In this document: positions 1-17,639 of the stretch, one piece after another
How positions within the stretch are numbered: the stretch's first letter is position 1
Layout: every line of letters begins with the position of its first letter
Assembly: GCA_964016885.1 (NCBI GenBank)
Contig: OZ024742.1
Span: 301,816,001-301,880,000 of the forward strand
DNA from: Eledone cirrhosa
Taxonomy: Eukaryota
DNA: 64,000 nt
Direction of reading: 5' to 3'
Notes under the pieces: model-generated
What the model was told of the DNA's origin: nothing
The model's database searches: none
What the model saw: only the letters and a program-made list of their open reading frames with translations
Made by a program: the position numbers and the translations under genes

Positions 1-219
1 GGGTGAAGAAGTGCCAGGAAATGCTCGTTGAAGGAAGACATGGTAGAAGTAGACCACGAAAAACATGTGCGGATGTGGTGAGAACAGACCTCAGATCGCT
101 GAAGCTCACGGTGGAGATGACGAAGGACCGTGACAAATGGAGAAATGCTGTGCTGAATAAGACCCATCGAACCCTTGCAAGCAGGGAAAAGCAGACGTAA
201 AATGGTGATGATGATGATA
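1..219 (+). mobile_element. 3' end of an RTE-clade LINE (ORF C-terminus, terminal stem-loop, (GAT)n tail)
   Basis: Peptide GRSRPRKTCADVVRTDL...DRDKWR resembles the C-terminus of the RTE ORFs at 10.7 and 32.4 kb; ends CTTGCAAGCAGGGAAAAGCAGACGTAAAATGGTGATGATGATG. Confidence 0.85.
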
Positions 220-1175
220 TTGAATATGCCTTCATATACTCCTCTATTAGGAACCATGTTATGTTCACGCTACTGCTAATTAATCCTAGCCAGTCAAGCC
301 CACATTGTATGCAAATGAGCATATTCAGCTTGTTTCATATGCAAAATGTATACTGTATCAAGTGAGTAAACATTAATGATGGATAAACATCCAGAAATAT
401 GTATCTGCCATTCTCACACAGTAACTAAGATAACTGTGACCGGAAAACAACTCGACTCTTGTATGGTTATTATACATAAACATATAATATATGCTTTCAT
501 ATACACCTCAATTATGAATCATGTTATGTTAGTACTACTACTAACTTGTCCTTAAAGTTAACTGATGAAATAAAGACATGTTTCAGTCTTATTAGGTCTC
601 CTCAGTGAAACTATGTTTAGGAATTTGCTCTTGCCAAGCAGGCTTTTTATGAAGATGATTTTGTTTTTTAACTTTTTCAATACATAATGACTTTACAGTG
701 TTTACTGGGAGCATGGATTCTGTGGTTGAATGGCCTTCCTAACACCAACCACTTTACAGCATGTACTTGAAGCATGGTCTCTATGTCCTACTAGATCTGT
801 TGGAGTAGAATGTTTGGCTCTAGGTGGATGTCCTACTGGATCTGTTGGGGTACATCGTTTGGCCCTAGCTGGATGTTCTTCTATTGGACTATCTCATTTC
901 ATTCCTTTTCTGTATTGCTGTCTTTCCTTGTCTCTCAAACCCCCACCCCACTGATTTTGTAATTTGTTCTATCATTATTATATTTTTTAATTTTCACTTC
1001 AGTCTTACATGTTTTATTTTGTTGGTATTAAGTGGCTTATATTTCTTTTTTTCACACGAGAAACAGGTTTTTAATTTACTCGTGTCCTATTATCTCTATG
1101 TTGAGAACAGGTGAAACTTTTTGTGTAAGTTGCTTTCCATATTTTTTTATATTTAACATCAAAATGTGAGAATGT

Positions 1176-1404
1176 TTAACCCATTAGCATTTACATTACT
1201 CTATATATACTATTGTATTTTTGTGGTAACGGCTTTATCTTACATAATTATCTCACATAATGTCGAATCTACAAGATTTTGATGCCATTTATTTCGAGAA
1301 CAATACCTTAATGTCAGTATGAGTGGCCGGTTACAGCTGGTTTGAACAGAAAGAGGTGAGAGAATTCTGGCCGGATACAGTCAGTTTAAATGCTAAAGGG
1401 TTAA
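1176..1404 (+). mobile_element. piggyBac-type MITE (221 bp) with TTAA target duplication
   Basis: TTAA|CCCATTAGCATTTA...TAAATGCTAAAGGG|TTAA: 14-bp TIR (1 mismatch), CCC/GGG termini, TTAA on both sides; homologues at 62935 and 63403. Confidence 0.85.
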
Positions 1405-2114
1405 GTTATTAGTTTTTTGTTGTACTTTAATCACAAATTGTCTCATATATTCTCATTATTTGTCCATTTTGTGTCTATCATTATGTATATTTAAACTTTC
1501 CAGACTTCATTAATGTTTTTTAGTTTATACGTCATAGTAACCATTAAGATTATTTTTTAAAAAGTAAGAGGCAGGAGGGAGTTGGTTGTAATTTTTAGAA
1601 TGTGATCTTATACATATGTAAAGAGTTGTGACATTGAGTATTGTTGTGTTAGGGGGTATTTAGGTGTAATCTAGATAATGTATATACAACTGTATATATA
1701 TTTTAGACAGTATAGGTTAGGTGTGTGTGTGTGTTTATATATATATATTTTTTCTAGATAGAAAATGTATTGTCAAGACAACATAAGTACACTTTCAAAT
1801 CCCCACAAAAACTAAATAATAATAATAATAATAATAATATATTAATGGTATATTGTTTCTGAAAATTTGTTGTTTAGCTTGAAATAGACATAAAAGAATA
1901 TCTGATATTTAGCGCTAGGGTATTTGTTGGTTTGGTATGAGCAGGGTTAAATAACTTTGGAAGATATAGTGTAATTACATTGTGTAATAACATATACTGT
2001 AATTACCATTCTATTTTATCTACAATATACTGGGATCTGGTGCATGTACAAGAGAGACCTAAATGTCAACGTTTGTGGTTTTATGGATTAATTTGAGGTG
2101 TAAGAGCAGCATCC

Positions 2115-2340
2115 ATAACTCTGTGGCAGATTAAGTCTATTACTCAACAGAGTAAACCTCTAAAGACATCCATGAAATCATGTTGGAGTGTTAACTACTG
2201 CAGTGAATTAAGTCTAACACTCAACAGAGTAGACCACTAAATATATCTGTGTATTATGTTGGAGTCTCAACTACTGTGATGGATTAAATCTATCATTCAA
2301 CTAAACGTACACCACTAAAGACATCCATAAATCAAATTGG
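2115..2340. repeat. degenerate ~76-bp tandem repeat, 3 copies
   Basis: TTAAGTCTA..ACTCAACAGAGTA.ACC.CTAAA recurs at ~2131, 2208, 2284. Confidence 0.7.
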
Positions 2341-2342
2341 AC

Positions 2343-2470
2343 TACAGTGTGGTCTTCTACACAGTTTCTGTCTACCAAATTTTCATGCACAAAGCTTTAG
2401 TTGAGCTACCAAAATGATTGAACCTGTTACCATGTAATTGGGAAGCAAACTTCTTAACAATACAGTCATA
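2343..2470 (-). mobile_element. degenerate tRNA-derived SINE fragment
   Basis: CAGTTTCTGTCTACCAAATT...CACAAAGC is the reverse complement of the SINE body at 46885-47040; also similar to 61980-62143. Confidence 0.5.
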
Positions 2471-2769
2471 CCTGATGAAAAGTCTGTTAAATCAGGGCTG
2501 TCTAGGGCTAAACAACTCAAAACTTCTTCACATTGCACATGAAGGTATTAAAGAAAACCTGGATTCTGATGTGTCAGTAATGGAGCATCTACGTGGTTTC
2601 TCAACATGCTTGAAATGGTAGTCAAATTTCTCTCTAACCACACTGTACTTAAAAGGACACACCTCATCTGATGCTAGAATCTGAAAGTCGCAAAACCCTC
2701 ACCACCACCACCACCACACACACTTTCCCATAGAAGGTCAGCCACTGATGCATTGGTTTCTCATCCTGT

Positions 2770-3140
2770 GTCTGTTAAATCAGGATTGACCTGCTGTAAA
2801 ACATGATTGATCTGGTGTTAAACCCCTGTTAAAAAAGGACTGATCTGGTGTTAAACTCCATTAAATCAGGATTGACCAGATGTTAAAAATCTTTTCACTT
2901 TGAACCAATTTGACCCATATCCCAGTATTCCACATTGTACTAACTTGACTCCTATCTCAGTGTTAAATCAGGGTTGATCTGGTGTTAAACTCTGTTAAGC
3001 CAGGATTGATCTGGTGTTAAACACCTAGTTAAATAAGGATTGATCTGGTGTTAAAAATACCTTCCACATTGTGCTAACTTGATCCTTATCACAGTAACCC
3101 TGATGTTAACCCCCTCCTCAACATTGCACTAACTTGACCC
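2770..3140. repeat. degenerate ~30-bp minisatellite
   Basis: Recurring GTTAAATCAGGATTGATCTGGTGTTAAA. Confidence 0.7.
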
Positions 3141-3570
3141 CTAATTGTATGAGGGTTAAAACAATAAACCTGTAGACCTTGATCTCAACATCCTGTCCTT
3201 AATCAGTGCTCTCCATTAAACCCAATTGTTATAGATATTTATGGAAATAATAGTAACTTGATTTATGCTTGTTGTTGTTGCTGTGGTCACAGCTGGCAGA
3301 AGGGCTGGGAATGAAATTATCATTGTTATTATTATTATAATTGTTATTGTAGCCTTGTGTGGCTAATAAACCGTTATTATTGTCGATGTTCTTATTGTTA
3401 CTTTGTTGTTGACGTTAATTTTGTTTTAGCTTTAATTGCTCTTAGATCTACAAGATTTATTTACAAGATGTGTGATGTGCATTTCTGCCTTTTCGCCATA
3501 ATGTCTTCCTACACTCTCTCTATGATTTACTGTGTCTCTCTCCAGTATACTATCTCCCAATGGTATACTA

Positions 3571-6240
3571 TGTCTCTACAGTATACTATGTCTCTCTACA
3601 GTATACTGTGTCTCTCTACAGTATACTGTCTCTACAGTATACTGTCTCTCTACAGTATACTGTCTCTCTACAGTATACTGTCTCTCTCTACAGTATACTG
3701 TCTCTCTACAGTACACTGTGTCTCTCTACAGTATACTGTGTCTCTCTACAGTATACTGTGTCTCTCTACAGTATACTGTCTCTCTACAGTACACTGTCTC
3801 TCTACAGTATACTGTCTCTCTCTACAGTATACTGTCTCTCTACAGTATACTGTGTCTCTCTACAGTATACTGTGTCTCTCTACAGTATACTGTGCCTCTC
3901 TACAGTATACTGTCTCTCTACAGTATACTGTCTCTCTACAGTATACTGTCTCTCTACAGTACACTGTCTCTCTACAGTATACTGTCTCTCTACAGTATAC
4001 TGTCTCTCTACAGTATACTGTCTCTCTCTACAGTATACTGTCTCTCTCTACAGTATACTGTCTCTCTCTACAGTATACTGTCTCTCTCTACAGTATACTG
4101 TCTCTCTCTACAGTATACTGTCTCTCTACAGTACACTGTCTCTCTACAGTATACTGTCTCTCTCTACAGTATACTGTCTCTCTCTACAGTATACTGTCTC
4201 TCTCTACAGTATACTGTCTCTCTACAGTATACTGTCTCTCTCTACAGTATACTGTCTCTCTCTACAGTATACTGTCTCTCTCTACAGTATACTGTGTCTC
4301 TCTACAGTATACTGTCTCTCTACAGTATACTGTCTCTCTCTACAGTATACTGTCTCTCTCTACAGTATACTGTGTCTCTCTACAGTATACTGTCTCTCTA
4401 CAGTATACTGTCTCTCTCTACAGTATACTGTCTCTCTCTACAGTATACTGTCTCTCTCTACAGTATACTGTCTCTCTACAGTACACTGTGTCTCTCTACA
4501 GTATACTGTGTCTCTCTACAGTATACTGTCTCTCTACAGTATACTGTCTCTCTACAGTATACTGTCTCTCTCTACAGTATACTGTCTCTCTCTACAGTAT
4601 ACTGTCTCTCTACAGTATACTGTCTCTCTACAATATACTGTCTCTCTCTACAGTATACTTTCTCTCTACAGTATACTGTCTCTCTCTACAGTATACTGTC
4701 TCTCTCTACAGTATACTGTCTCTCTACAGTATACTGTCTCTCTCTACAGTATACTGTCTCTCTACAGTACACTGTGTCTCTCTACAGTATACTGTGTCTC
4801 TCTACAGTATACTGTGTCTCTCTACAGTATACTGTCTCTCTACAGTATACTGTCTCTCTACAGTACACTGTCTCTCTACAGTATACTGTCTCTCTACAGT
4901 ATACCGTCTCTCTACAGTATACTGTCTCTACAGTATACTGTCTCTCTCTACAGTATACTGTCTCTCTACAGTATACTGTGTCTCTCTACAGTATACTGTG
5001 TCTCTCTACAGTATACTGTCTCTCTCTACAGTATACTGTCTCTCTACAGTATACTGTGTCTCTCTACAGTATACTGTGTCTCTCTACAGTATACTGTCTC
5101 TCTCTACAGTATACTGTGTCTCTCTACAGTATACTGTGTCTCTCTACAGTATACTGTGTCTCTCTACAGTATATTGTCTCTCTCTACAGTATACTGTCTC
5201 TCTCTACAGTATACTGTCTCTCTCTACAGTATACTGTCTTTCTCTACAGTATACTGTCTCTCTCTACAGTATACTGTCTCTCTCTACAGTATACTGTCTC
5301 TCTCTACAGTATACTGTCTCTCTCTACAGTATACCGTCTCTCTCTACAGTATACTGTCACTCTCTACAGTATACTGTCTCTCTACAGTATACTGTCTCTC
5401 TACAGTATACTGTCTCTCTCTACAGTATACTGTCTCTCTACAGTATACTATCTCTCTACAGTATACTGTCTCTCTCTACAGTATACTGTCTCTCTCTACA
5501 GTATACTGTCTCTCTCTACAGTATACTGTCTCTCTCTACGGTATACTGTCTCTCTCTACAGTATACTGTCTCTCTACAGTATACTTTCTCTCTCTACAGT
5601 ATACTGTCTCTCTCTACAGTATACTGTCTCTCTCTACAGTATACTGTCTCTCTCTACAGTATACTGTCTCTCTCTACAGTATACTGTCTCTCTACAGTAT
5701 ACTGTCTCTCTACAGTATACTGTCTCTCTCTACAGTATACTGTCTCTCTCTACAGTATACTGTGTCTCTCTACAGTATACTGTCTCTCTCTACAATATAC
5801 TATGTCTCTCTACAGTATACTGTCTCTCTCTACAGTATACTGTCTCTCTCTACAGTATACTGTCTCTCTCTACAATATACTGTCTCTCTACAGTATACTG
5901 TCTCTACAGTATACTGTCTCTCTCTCTACAGTATACTGTCAACGTCTACAGTATACTGTCACTCTCTACAGTATACTGTCTCTCTCTACAGTATACTGTC
6001 TCTCTCTACAATATACTGTCTCTCTACAATATACTGTCTCTCTACAGTATACTGTGTCTCTCTACAGTATACTGTCTCTCTCTACAGTATACTGTCTCTC
6101 TCTACAGTATACTGTCTCTCTCTACAGTATATTGTCTCTCTCTACAGTATACTGTCTCTCTCTACGGTATACTGTCTCTCTCTACGGTATACTGTCTCTC
6201 TACAGTATACTGTCTCTCTCTACAGTATACTGTGTCTCTA
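3571..6240. repeat. 20/22-bp satellite, roughly 125 units, with 12-bp palindromic core ACAGTATACTGT
   Basis: Unit CTACAGTATACTG(TC)n; length varies by TC or TG dinucleotides. Confidence 0.97.
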
Positions 6241-6821
6241 TGGTATTCAATGTCCTACAGGTTAATGATCTCATCTTTATACTTTATAAATACATAAACA
6301 GAAAAATTCTCTCTTGCATTTGAGGGAAATAGACATTAAATGGTGATGATGATGCTGATAAGGTCACAGGGTGTGATGAAAGGACTTTGACAAATAAACT
6401 AATTGTTTGATTATCTAATTAGTTAATTATTAATAAATCATATGTAAACTTTGATCAGTATCTTTCACAACACAATTTCATATCATCATTGTCATTATCA
6501 TCATCATTATAATTTGACACCTGTTTTCTCTATTAGCAAGCATTGTCAGGTGTATTTTATTGTAGCACAAGCACTAGGTAGGTTGTCAAACCTTTGATTC
6601 AATTGAAGAGTCCTCTCAACCTATGTTTTCTACAACTGGATGGCCTGCTTATCATTAACAAGGTGATGCATTTTATGTCACCAACAATAGAGAGATGTTG
6701 GATACCATTCCCGTCACCAACCATCTTATAAAGTATACTGGATGTATTTTTCATGGCACTAGCATTAGAGAGGTTGTCATGTTATGCCTGAAGGTCCCTC
6801 TCTACCAATATATATATATAT

Positions 6822-7154
6822 GGCACATGGCTTAGTGGTTAGAACATTGGCTTTGCAATCGAAAGGTTGTGAGTTCAATTCTCAGACCGGATGATGTGTT
6901 GTTTCCTTGAGCAAGACACTTTATTTCACATTGCTCCAGTTTACTCAGCTGTAGAAATGAGATGATAGGGGCTGGGGTCCCTATCATTCCACTGCAAAGT
7001 GGTCGTAGAGGTGCCACGGCAAAAAAGCACCCAGCACTCACTGTAAATGAGGTTGGTGTTAGGAAGGGCATCCAGCTGTAGAAATCAAGCCAGAATCAGT
7101 TTCTGTCCCACTCTTGCAAGCAGGGAGAAGCAGACGTAAAATGATGATGCTGAT
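6822..7154 (+). mobile_element. tRNA-derived CORE-like SINE with RTE-derived 3' tail
   Basis: Pol III A box TGGCTTAGTGG, B box GAGTTCAATTC, CORE-like CCTTGAGCAAGACACTT...CTGTAGAAATG; tail matches the RTE 3' UTR at 35560-35700; (GAT)n end. Confidence 0.85.
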
Positions 7155-7186
7155 ATATATATATATATATATAATGATAATAATGA

Positions 7187-7390
7187 TTTCTACTATAGGC
7201 ACAAGGCCAGAAATTTTTGGGGAAGAGAAAGTCAATTAAATCGACCCAGTGCATTACTGGTGCTTTATTTTATCAAACCGCAAGCATGAGAAGCAAAATT
7301 TACCTTGGTGGGATTTGAACTCAGATTGTCAGGGGCCATAACTCTATGCTGCAAAGCATGGTGTCTGATGCTCTACCGATACTGCCAAAC
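7187..7390 (-). mobile_element. tRNA-derived SINE, second family (Meta-like central domain)
   Basis: Minus strand TGGCAGTATCGGTAGAG (A box), GAGTTCAAATCCC (B box), then GATAAAATAAAGCACCAG; copies at 47.7, 55.5 and 57.2 kb. Confidence 0.75.
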
Positions 7391-7439
7391 AATATAAACA
7401 TATGGCTGTTTTTCTTTGTTAGCAAAGGTTTGATTAATG

Positions 7440-7469
<30 letters not shown>

Positions 7470-7474
<5 letters not shown>

Positions 7475-7700
7475 ATATTTGAGGAGGGTCATAATATTGC
7501 CAGAAATAATAATAAAACAGACTCACTGTTTAGTTTGGATTGGTTTTCGCTTCTGTATATTTTATTTCTATATAGTTAATTTAGCTGGCAATCAATGTTT
7601 ATCATTGATTGACCAACGGTTAAAATATAGATATAAATATACATATATAGTCTATCAAAGTTCTTTCATGACACACCTGTGACGACATCAGTGGTACTAT
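7470..7700 (-). mobile_element. decayed copy of the hammerhead-bearing element at 24853-25370
   Basis: Minus strand CTGATGTCGTCACAGGTGTGTCATGAAAGAACTTTGA aligns to the 25116 ribozyme; 7471-7530 resembles the reverse complement of 25262-25312. Confidence 0.5.
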
Positions 7701-8675
7701 TATGTAATGTCTATTCCATTTTTATTTTTATTTATTCATGTCTCTGTATCTATATACAATTTCTATTGCTTACCTCAGAAGTATGTATTGATCACTTAAA
7801 TGTTTTTGTGCTTTAAATTGTAAATACATACAATACACAGACTTACACACATATACATACATACATATATGCATACACACACACTACCATTTTCCTGTCT
7901 ATGATTTTTCATATTGATTCCATGTAGGTGTGCAGCTGACGACTGCTAATATTTATCTAATATGAAAATATGAAAGTATATGATTTTTTTTCTGTATTAT
8001 ATTTGATGTGTCAATAAACTTTAACCGGGCTATATATAGATAATATATTTATAAGATTTGAATAAACCTAAATCAACTGCTTATGGTCTCCGATCTTCTT
8101 AATGCTATATATATATATATACAGAGTGCAGATGATATCTGTTCGCAAGATTACTGTCTAGGAAAAAATAACACAGTAATTTTATTTTTTAAGATTTATT
8201 TATCAAACTTGGGTCAGTTTGTCTTCATGACTTTTTCTTTCGATCTCACTCGATCAACCCGCCATTGGCTTTGATGACGGCCTCAAGGCGGCCTCGGAAC
8301 TGGCTACAGGCCTTAGTCACTGTCCCCCGACTTAAGCCCCTAAATGTACTTGTGATGTATGGCGATGGTTGTACCAGCGGTCCTTAAAGCTCGTTGATGT
8401 GGCTCCTATGTAGAGGTGTTCGGAGTTGGGGGTTTTAACCCTACAACCGTACACTATGTTCTTCTTGAGACATTCATTACCAAGGGGGCATGATTCGGGG
8501 TTTCTACAGTTGCAGAGGGTGGGCGGCCTCTGCGTGCTTAGATTAGGGTTCTCATTATGTGTTACATGTTGGTCTTCCCCCATGCTCGGTGGGGGGTCCT
8601 TGGGTCTGTTTGCGTTTCTTGGGTGGGCTCTGGGTCCCCCCTTCCCTCCTTTCACATGGTTCTGCTGAGTGTTTG

Positions 8676-9075
8676 TCCCCTTGGTAATGAATGTCTCAAG
8701 AAGAACATAGTGTACAGTTGTAGGGTTAAAACCCCCAACTCCGAACACCTCTACATAGGAGCCACATCAACGAGCTTTAAGGACCGCTGGTACAACCATC
8801 GCCATTCATTCAAGAAGGAGGCCAAAAGGAAAAGCACAGCTCTCTCCGACCTGATCTGGAAGCTTAAGCTGGACAGGACCCCATACTCTCTGGCCTGGTA
8901 CATAATCAGGAAAGTACCACCCGATAAAGGGGGATCTTGCATATGCAAACTATGCCTGAACGAGACCCTCGAGATACTAAGAGGTGGAAGCGGCCTGATA
9001 AACCTCAGAACCGACTTCTTCGGGACATGCAGACACCTTAGAGCCGGGACCTTTCTCAAAATATATGGACAGTAG
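8676..9075 (+). pseudogene. GIY-YIG endonuclease domain remnant of a Penelope-like element
   Basis: CPLGNECL..NIVYSCRV...LYIGATSTSFKDRWYNHRHSF...ALSDLIW...CKLCLNE...INLR...CRH; the upstream CNCRNPESCP is present in the inverted copy. Confidence 0.88.
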
Positions 9076-10252
9076 CAACACAAGAAGATGTGAACTCCCC
9101 TCAAGCTATAGGGACTTCTACAGAACATGAAAACACCTCTCGGCCAGACCTCCCTCAAGCTATATGGACAATTACAACACCCTAGGTTGTGAACTCCCCT
9201 CAAGCCATAGGGAACAACCCAGGCAGAGCAGACACCATGATAGCCTAGAGATAGAATCGGACACAGCCATAATAATCTGGCCAACATCTATAACACAAAC
9301 ACTTTTAATTTACCAGATTTCTGACCTTAAAGTTCCAATCTTAAATCTTGATTTCTCTTTATTAATTTGTTATTTGTTTTCTGCCCTCTTCACTGTATAA
9401 CCTTATATTTATTTTAAGTTGAGATAGATTATAACACAAACACATTGAATATCTCCTCTTAACATCTTGTATCATACCAATCTATCCAACATATTCTGAC
9501 CTTGAGATTGGTTATAGCACACACACACACACACACTTTATCCTACATTATTTCTCACTTCTCCATATACATTATCATTACTTTTTCACCAATCTCTCAT
9601 TTACTCTTTATTCTTTATTCTCTATTTATTTATTTATTTATTTTCAAATTACACAAATTATATTAATTATTTTATTTTATTATATTATTTATTTATCTTC
9701 TGTTTTCTTCATTTATTGCCTTATATTTCTTCATATACATGAAAGAACCCCCCCCCCCCCCCCCCCCGCCACCACCACTACGATGGTGGCGGGTGGGATG
9801 AAGAGAAAACACAAACTGAATACTTCTAAATTGTTAGCAGCAGCAAGGTATAAGCTGACCACTACAACAACAACAGTACCAAAATAATGGTGGAGGTCAA
9901 ATGTACTGAACAATAGCAGGCATAAACACTACAGGGAGCCTCACCCCAGAAAGAATTCTATAGACTTCTGACTGAGGAATGCTCTCAGAACTGAACAATG
10001 GGAAGTTTGACACATTTTTTGATATTTTGTTCCTTCAACACCTTGTCCCTTCTACCATTTTATCAATTTTTAAGCTAACTCCAACAATGACAACACTAAT
10101 AACTGACCAATGAGAGGAGAAGGGGACCTGAATTCATATGACTCCAGTTCCCCAGTGAATTAACAACCCAGCAAGGAACTGGGCATATCAGAGTATTGAC
10201 AATATCATACACCTAAACAACATATGTACTTGTCTATACCATACTAATTCAA

Positions 10253-10307
10253 ACTGCCTGAAGAGGTCACAGCCAAAGATGGCTGTCACTGAAATATATA
10301 TAGCAGT
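10253..10307 (+). ncRNA. minimal type I hammerhead ribozyme
   Basis: ACTGC-CTGAAGA-GGTCACAGCCA(AAGA)TGGCTGTCACT-GAAA-TATATA-TA^-GCAGT; stems I and II pair. Confidence 0.85.
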
Positions 10308-10357
10308 AATAAACGAAGCTAAATTTTAATCATTTGACTTTTATTTAACTTTATTTT

Positions 10358-10499
10358 ATGTATATATATATGTATATATATATATGTATATATATATGTA
10401 TATATATATGTATATATATATGTATATATATATATGTATATATATATGTATATATATATATGTATATATATATGTATATATATATATGTATAAATATAT

Positions 10500-10531
<32 letters not shown>

Positions 10532-10696
10532 GTATATATATATGTATATATATATGTATATATATATGTATATATATATGTATATATATATGTATATATA
10601 TATGTATATATGTATGTATATATGTATGTATATGTGTATATATGTATGTATATATATATGTGTATATTATGTATGTATATATATATGTATATATAT
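10358..10696. repeat. (TA)n/(TATG) microsatellite
   Basis: Direct inspection. Confidence 0.97.
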
Positions 10697-13166
10697 CTGT
10701 GGCTGGAGCAGGCCTGTAGGCAGGAGGAGAGTAACATGGTGGTGGAACAATAGGGTAGAGGGGTCAATTAAGGCCAAAAAGCAGGCTTGGAAAGTATGGC
10801 GGGATGGGGGAAGTAGAGTAGACTATCAAGTGGCCAGGAGGGAAGCTAGGAGAGAAGTGTACTTAGCAAGAAGGGAAGCTGAGGAAAGAAAGTTCAAGCA
10901 TGTTCTACAACGCGATGACCAAAAACGTGAGGTGTTCAGGATTGCCAGGCAATGCGTCAAGGAAAACCGTGATATTGTCGGGGAGAAGTGTGTACTTAAC
11001 GATGATGGCATACTTGCCATCACCGACACTGATAAGAAGGTAGCTTGGAAGTGTCACTATGAAAGGCTACTAAATGAGGAGAATAAATGGGAGAAAGACA
11101 GTCTCCCCCATATCGACCCGATAGAGGGACCAGCAGTGTTAGTCGAGGGGAGTATAATAAGTAAGGCAATCAAGGATATGAAGACTGGTAAGGCGGCTGG
11201 GCCTTCGGAAATAGTTGCTGAGATGCTGAAGGCATCTGGCACGGTGGGACACACCATGGTCACCCGCATAGTTAACCAAGTCGTACAGAATGGGGTTGTT
11301 CCGAAGGACTGGCATAGCAGCATCATCGTTAACTGTTATAAGGGTAAAGGAGACGCCCTAGATAGGAGTAACTATAGAGGCATTAAATTAATCGACCAGG
11401 TCATGAAGGTCACGGAAAAAGTAATAGCGCAACTAATCAGAGAGAGAATTGATCTAGATGAAATGCAGTTCGGGTTTGTGTCAGGCAAAAGCACCACAGA
11501 CGCTCTTTTCATAGTACGGCAACTACAGGAGAAGTACCTAGCTAAAGGTAAACCCCTCTACTTAGCTTTTGTCGACCTGGAGAAAGCCTTCGACAGAGTC
11601 CCCCGCTCCATTATCTGGTGGGCTCTTAGAAAACTAGGCGTTGACGAATGGCTTGTGAGGGCTATACAAGCCATGTATAAAGAAACAGTCAGCAAGGTTA
11701 GAATTAACAACGAATATAGTGAAGAGTTTAGCGTAAAAGTTGGCGTCCATCAGGGCTCTGTTCTCAGCCCCCTACTATTTATTATTGCCCTTCAGGCTAT
11801 AACAGAGGAGTTCAAGACAGGCTGCCCATGGGAACTCCTATACGCAGACGACCTGACACTCATAGCGGAATCAATGGCCGAGCTAGAGAAGAAATTCCAA
11901 ACATGGAAGCACGGCCTAGAGTCAAAAGGACTTAAAATTAACCTGGCTAAGACCAAAGTTCTAGTTTGTAGGAAAGAAAACAAGGCGGCGGTCCCTTCTG
12001 GGAAATGGTCGTGCTCGGTATGTAGGAAAGGCGTAGGTAGAAACTCCATCTTATGTCCTAAATGCAAAGTATGGGTGCATAAAAGATGTAGTGGGATCAC
12101 AGGTAAGCTAACTAAGAACATAGACTTTACATGTGGCCGGTGTTCTGGTGCAATAAGTAGCAGCAAGTGCCCACGAAATACTAGCTCTTTCAATTGCGCA
12201 GAGGGTTCTATAGAAATAGTGGACAGCTTCCGTTACCTGGGCGATAAAATCGGCAGTGGGGGAGGGTGCTCTGAAAGTACTGTAGCTAGAGTCAGAACTG
12301 GTTGGAAAAAGTTCAGAGAGCTTATACCACTATTAGCTGCTAAAGGGTTCTCCCTAAAAATGAAAGGCAGGTTGTACGATGCCTGCATACGAACAGCAAT
12401 GTTGCATGGTAGTGAGACCTGGGCATTGTGTGCAGAGGATATACGCAGACTAGAGAGGAACGAAGCTTGCATGCTCCGCTGGATGTGTAACAGTAATATA
12501 CGTGAACGGCAAAGCATAAACGAACTAAGGAAAAAATTAGAGATAAGAGGGATCAGATGTTGTTTACTCGAGAGAAGGCTGCGTTGGTATGGACACGTGA
12601 TGCGCATGAAAGTCGATAGCTGTATTACAAAGTGCAGGGCAATAAAGATAGACGGTAGCCACGGAATAGGCAGACCTAGAAAAACATGGGATGAGCTGAT
12701 AAACTCCGACCTCACACACTTACACCTCTCCAAGACAATGTCACTGGACCGTGACCTTTGGCGGTACTCAGTAACAGAGAAGACCCGCCTTGCCAGTAGG
12801 CATCTCTAACAAACTACACCCCGTCCCGCCACCACCCCCACCCCATCCACACCACCCCGTTCTATGTAAAGTTATGTTGGTGCCGCGCCATCCAGGCCGA
12901 AACAAATGAGATCGTGTAGGTGTCACGACAATAAAACACACAGTCCACGCTGTAATGTGGCCGTGTAGGCAACACGGTAAAAACCTCCCAGACCCACACT
13001 GTAAATGTGGTTGGTGTTAGGAAGGGCATCCAACTGTAGAAAACCTGCCAGACAGTCCTATGCGAGCAAGACAATCACTCTTGCTTCAAGTGGGACTACC
13101 CCGTCCAAACCCATGCAAGCGTGGAACACGGACGTTAAACGTGATGATGATGATGATGATGATGAT
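10697..13166 (+). mobile_element. 5'-truncated RTE LINE, family A (open RT frame to 12809, 3' UTR, (GAT)n tail)
   Basis: RT motifs [47 protein letters not shown]; endonuclease missing. Confidence 0.95.

Positions 13167-17639
<4,473 letters not shown>

Larger units (their letters stand above)
8359..10357 (+). mobile_element. 5'-truncated Penelope-like element (Naiad-type GIY-YIG) with inverted 5' segment and 3' hammerhead
   Basis: GIY-YIG ORF end, ~1.3-kb 3' region, hammerhead at 10253, then (TA)n; 8359-8488 is an inverted copy of 8676-8805. Confidence 0.85.

Noticed and set aside
575-605. Minus-strand CTGAGGA...GAAA-CATG-TC hammerhead-like core
   Set aside because: Stems I and II do not pair convincingly; at best a decayed relic.
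3571-6240. CRISPR-like array of palindromic repeats
   Set aside because: No unique spacers, no cas genes, eukaryotic context.
3357-6323. Three overlapping ORFs of 900-990 aa
   Set aside because: Produced by a stop-free satellite open in all three plus frames; no coding signature.
6822-6890. tRNA gene
   Set aside because: A and B boxes present but no full cloverleaf; continues into a SINE body present in multiple copies.
8266-8312. TTGATGA-GGCC/GGCC-GGAA hammerhead-like motif
   Set aside because: Several core mismatches; cannot be supported.
10506-12809. 767-aa ORF as a functional gene
   Set aside because: The start lies in microsatellite; it is a 5'-truncated RTE lacking the endonuclease.
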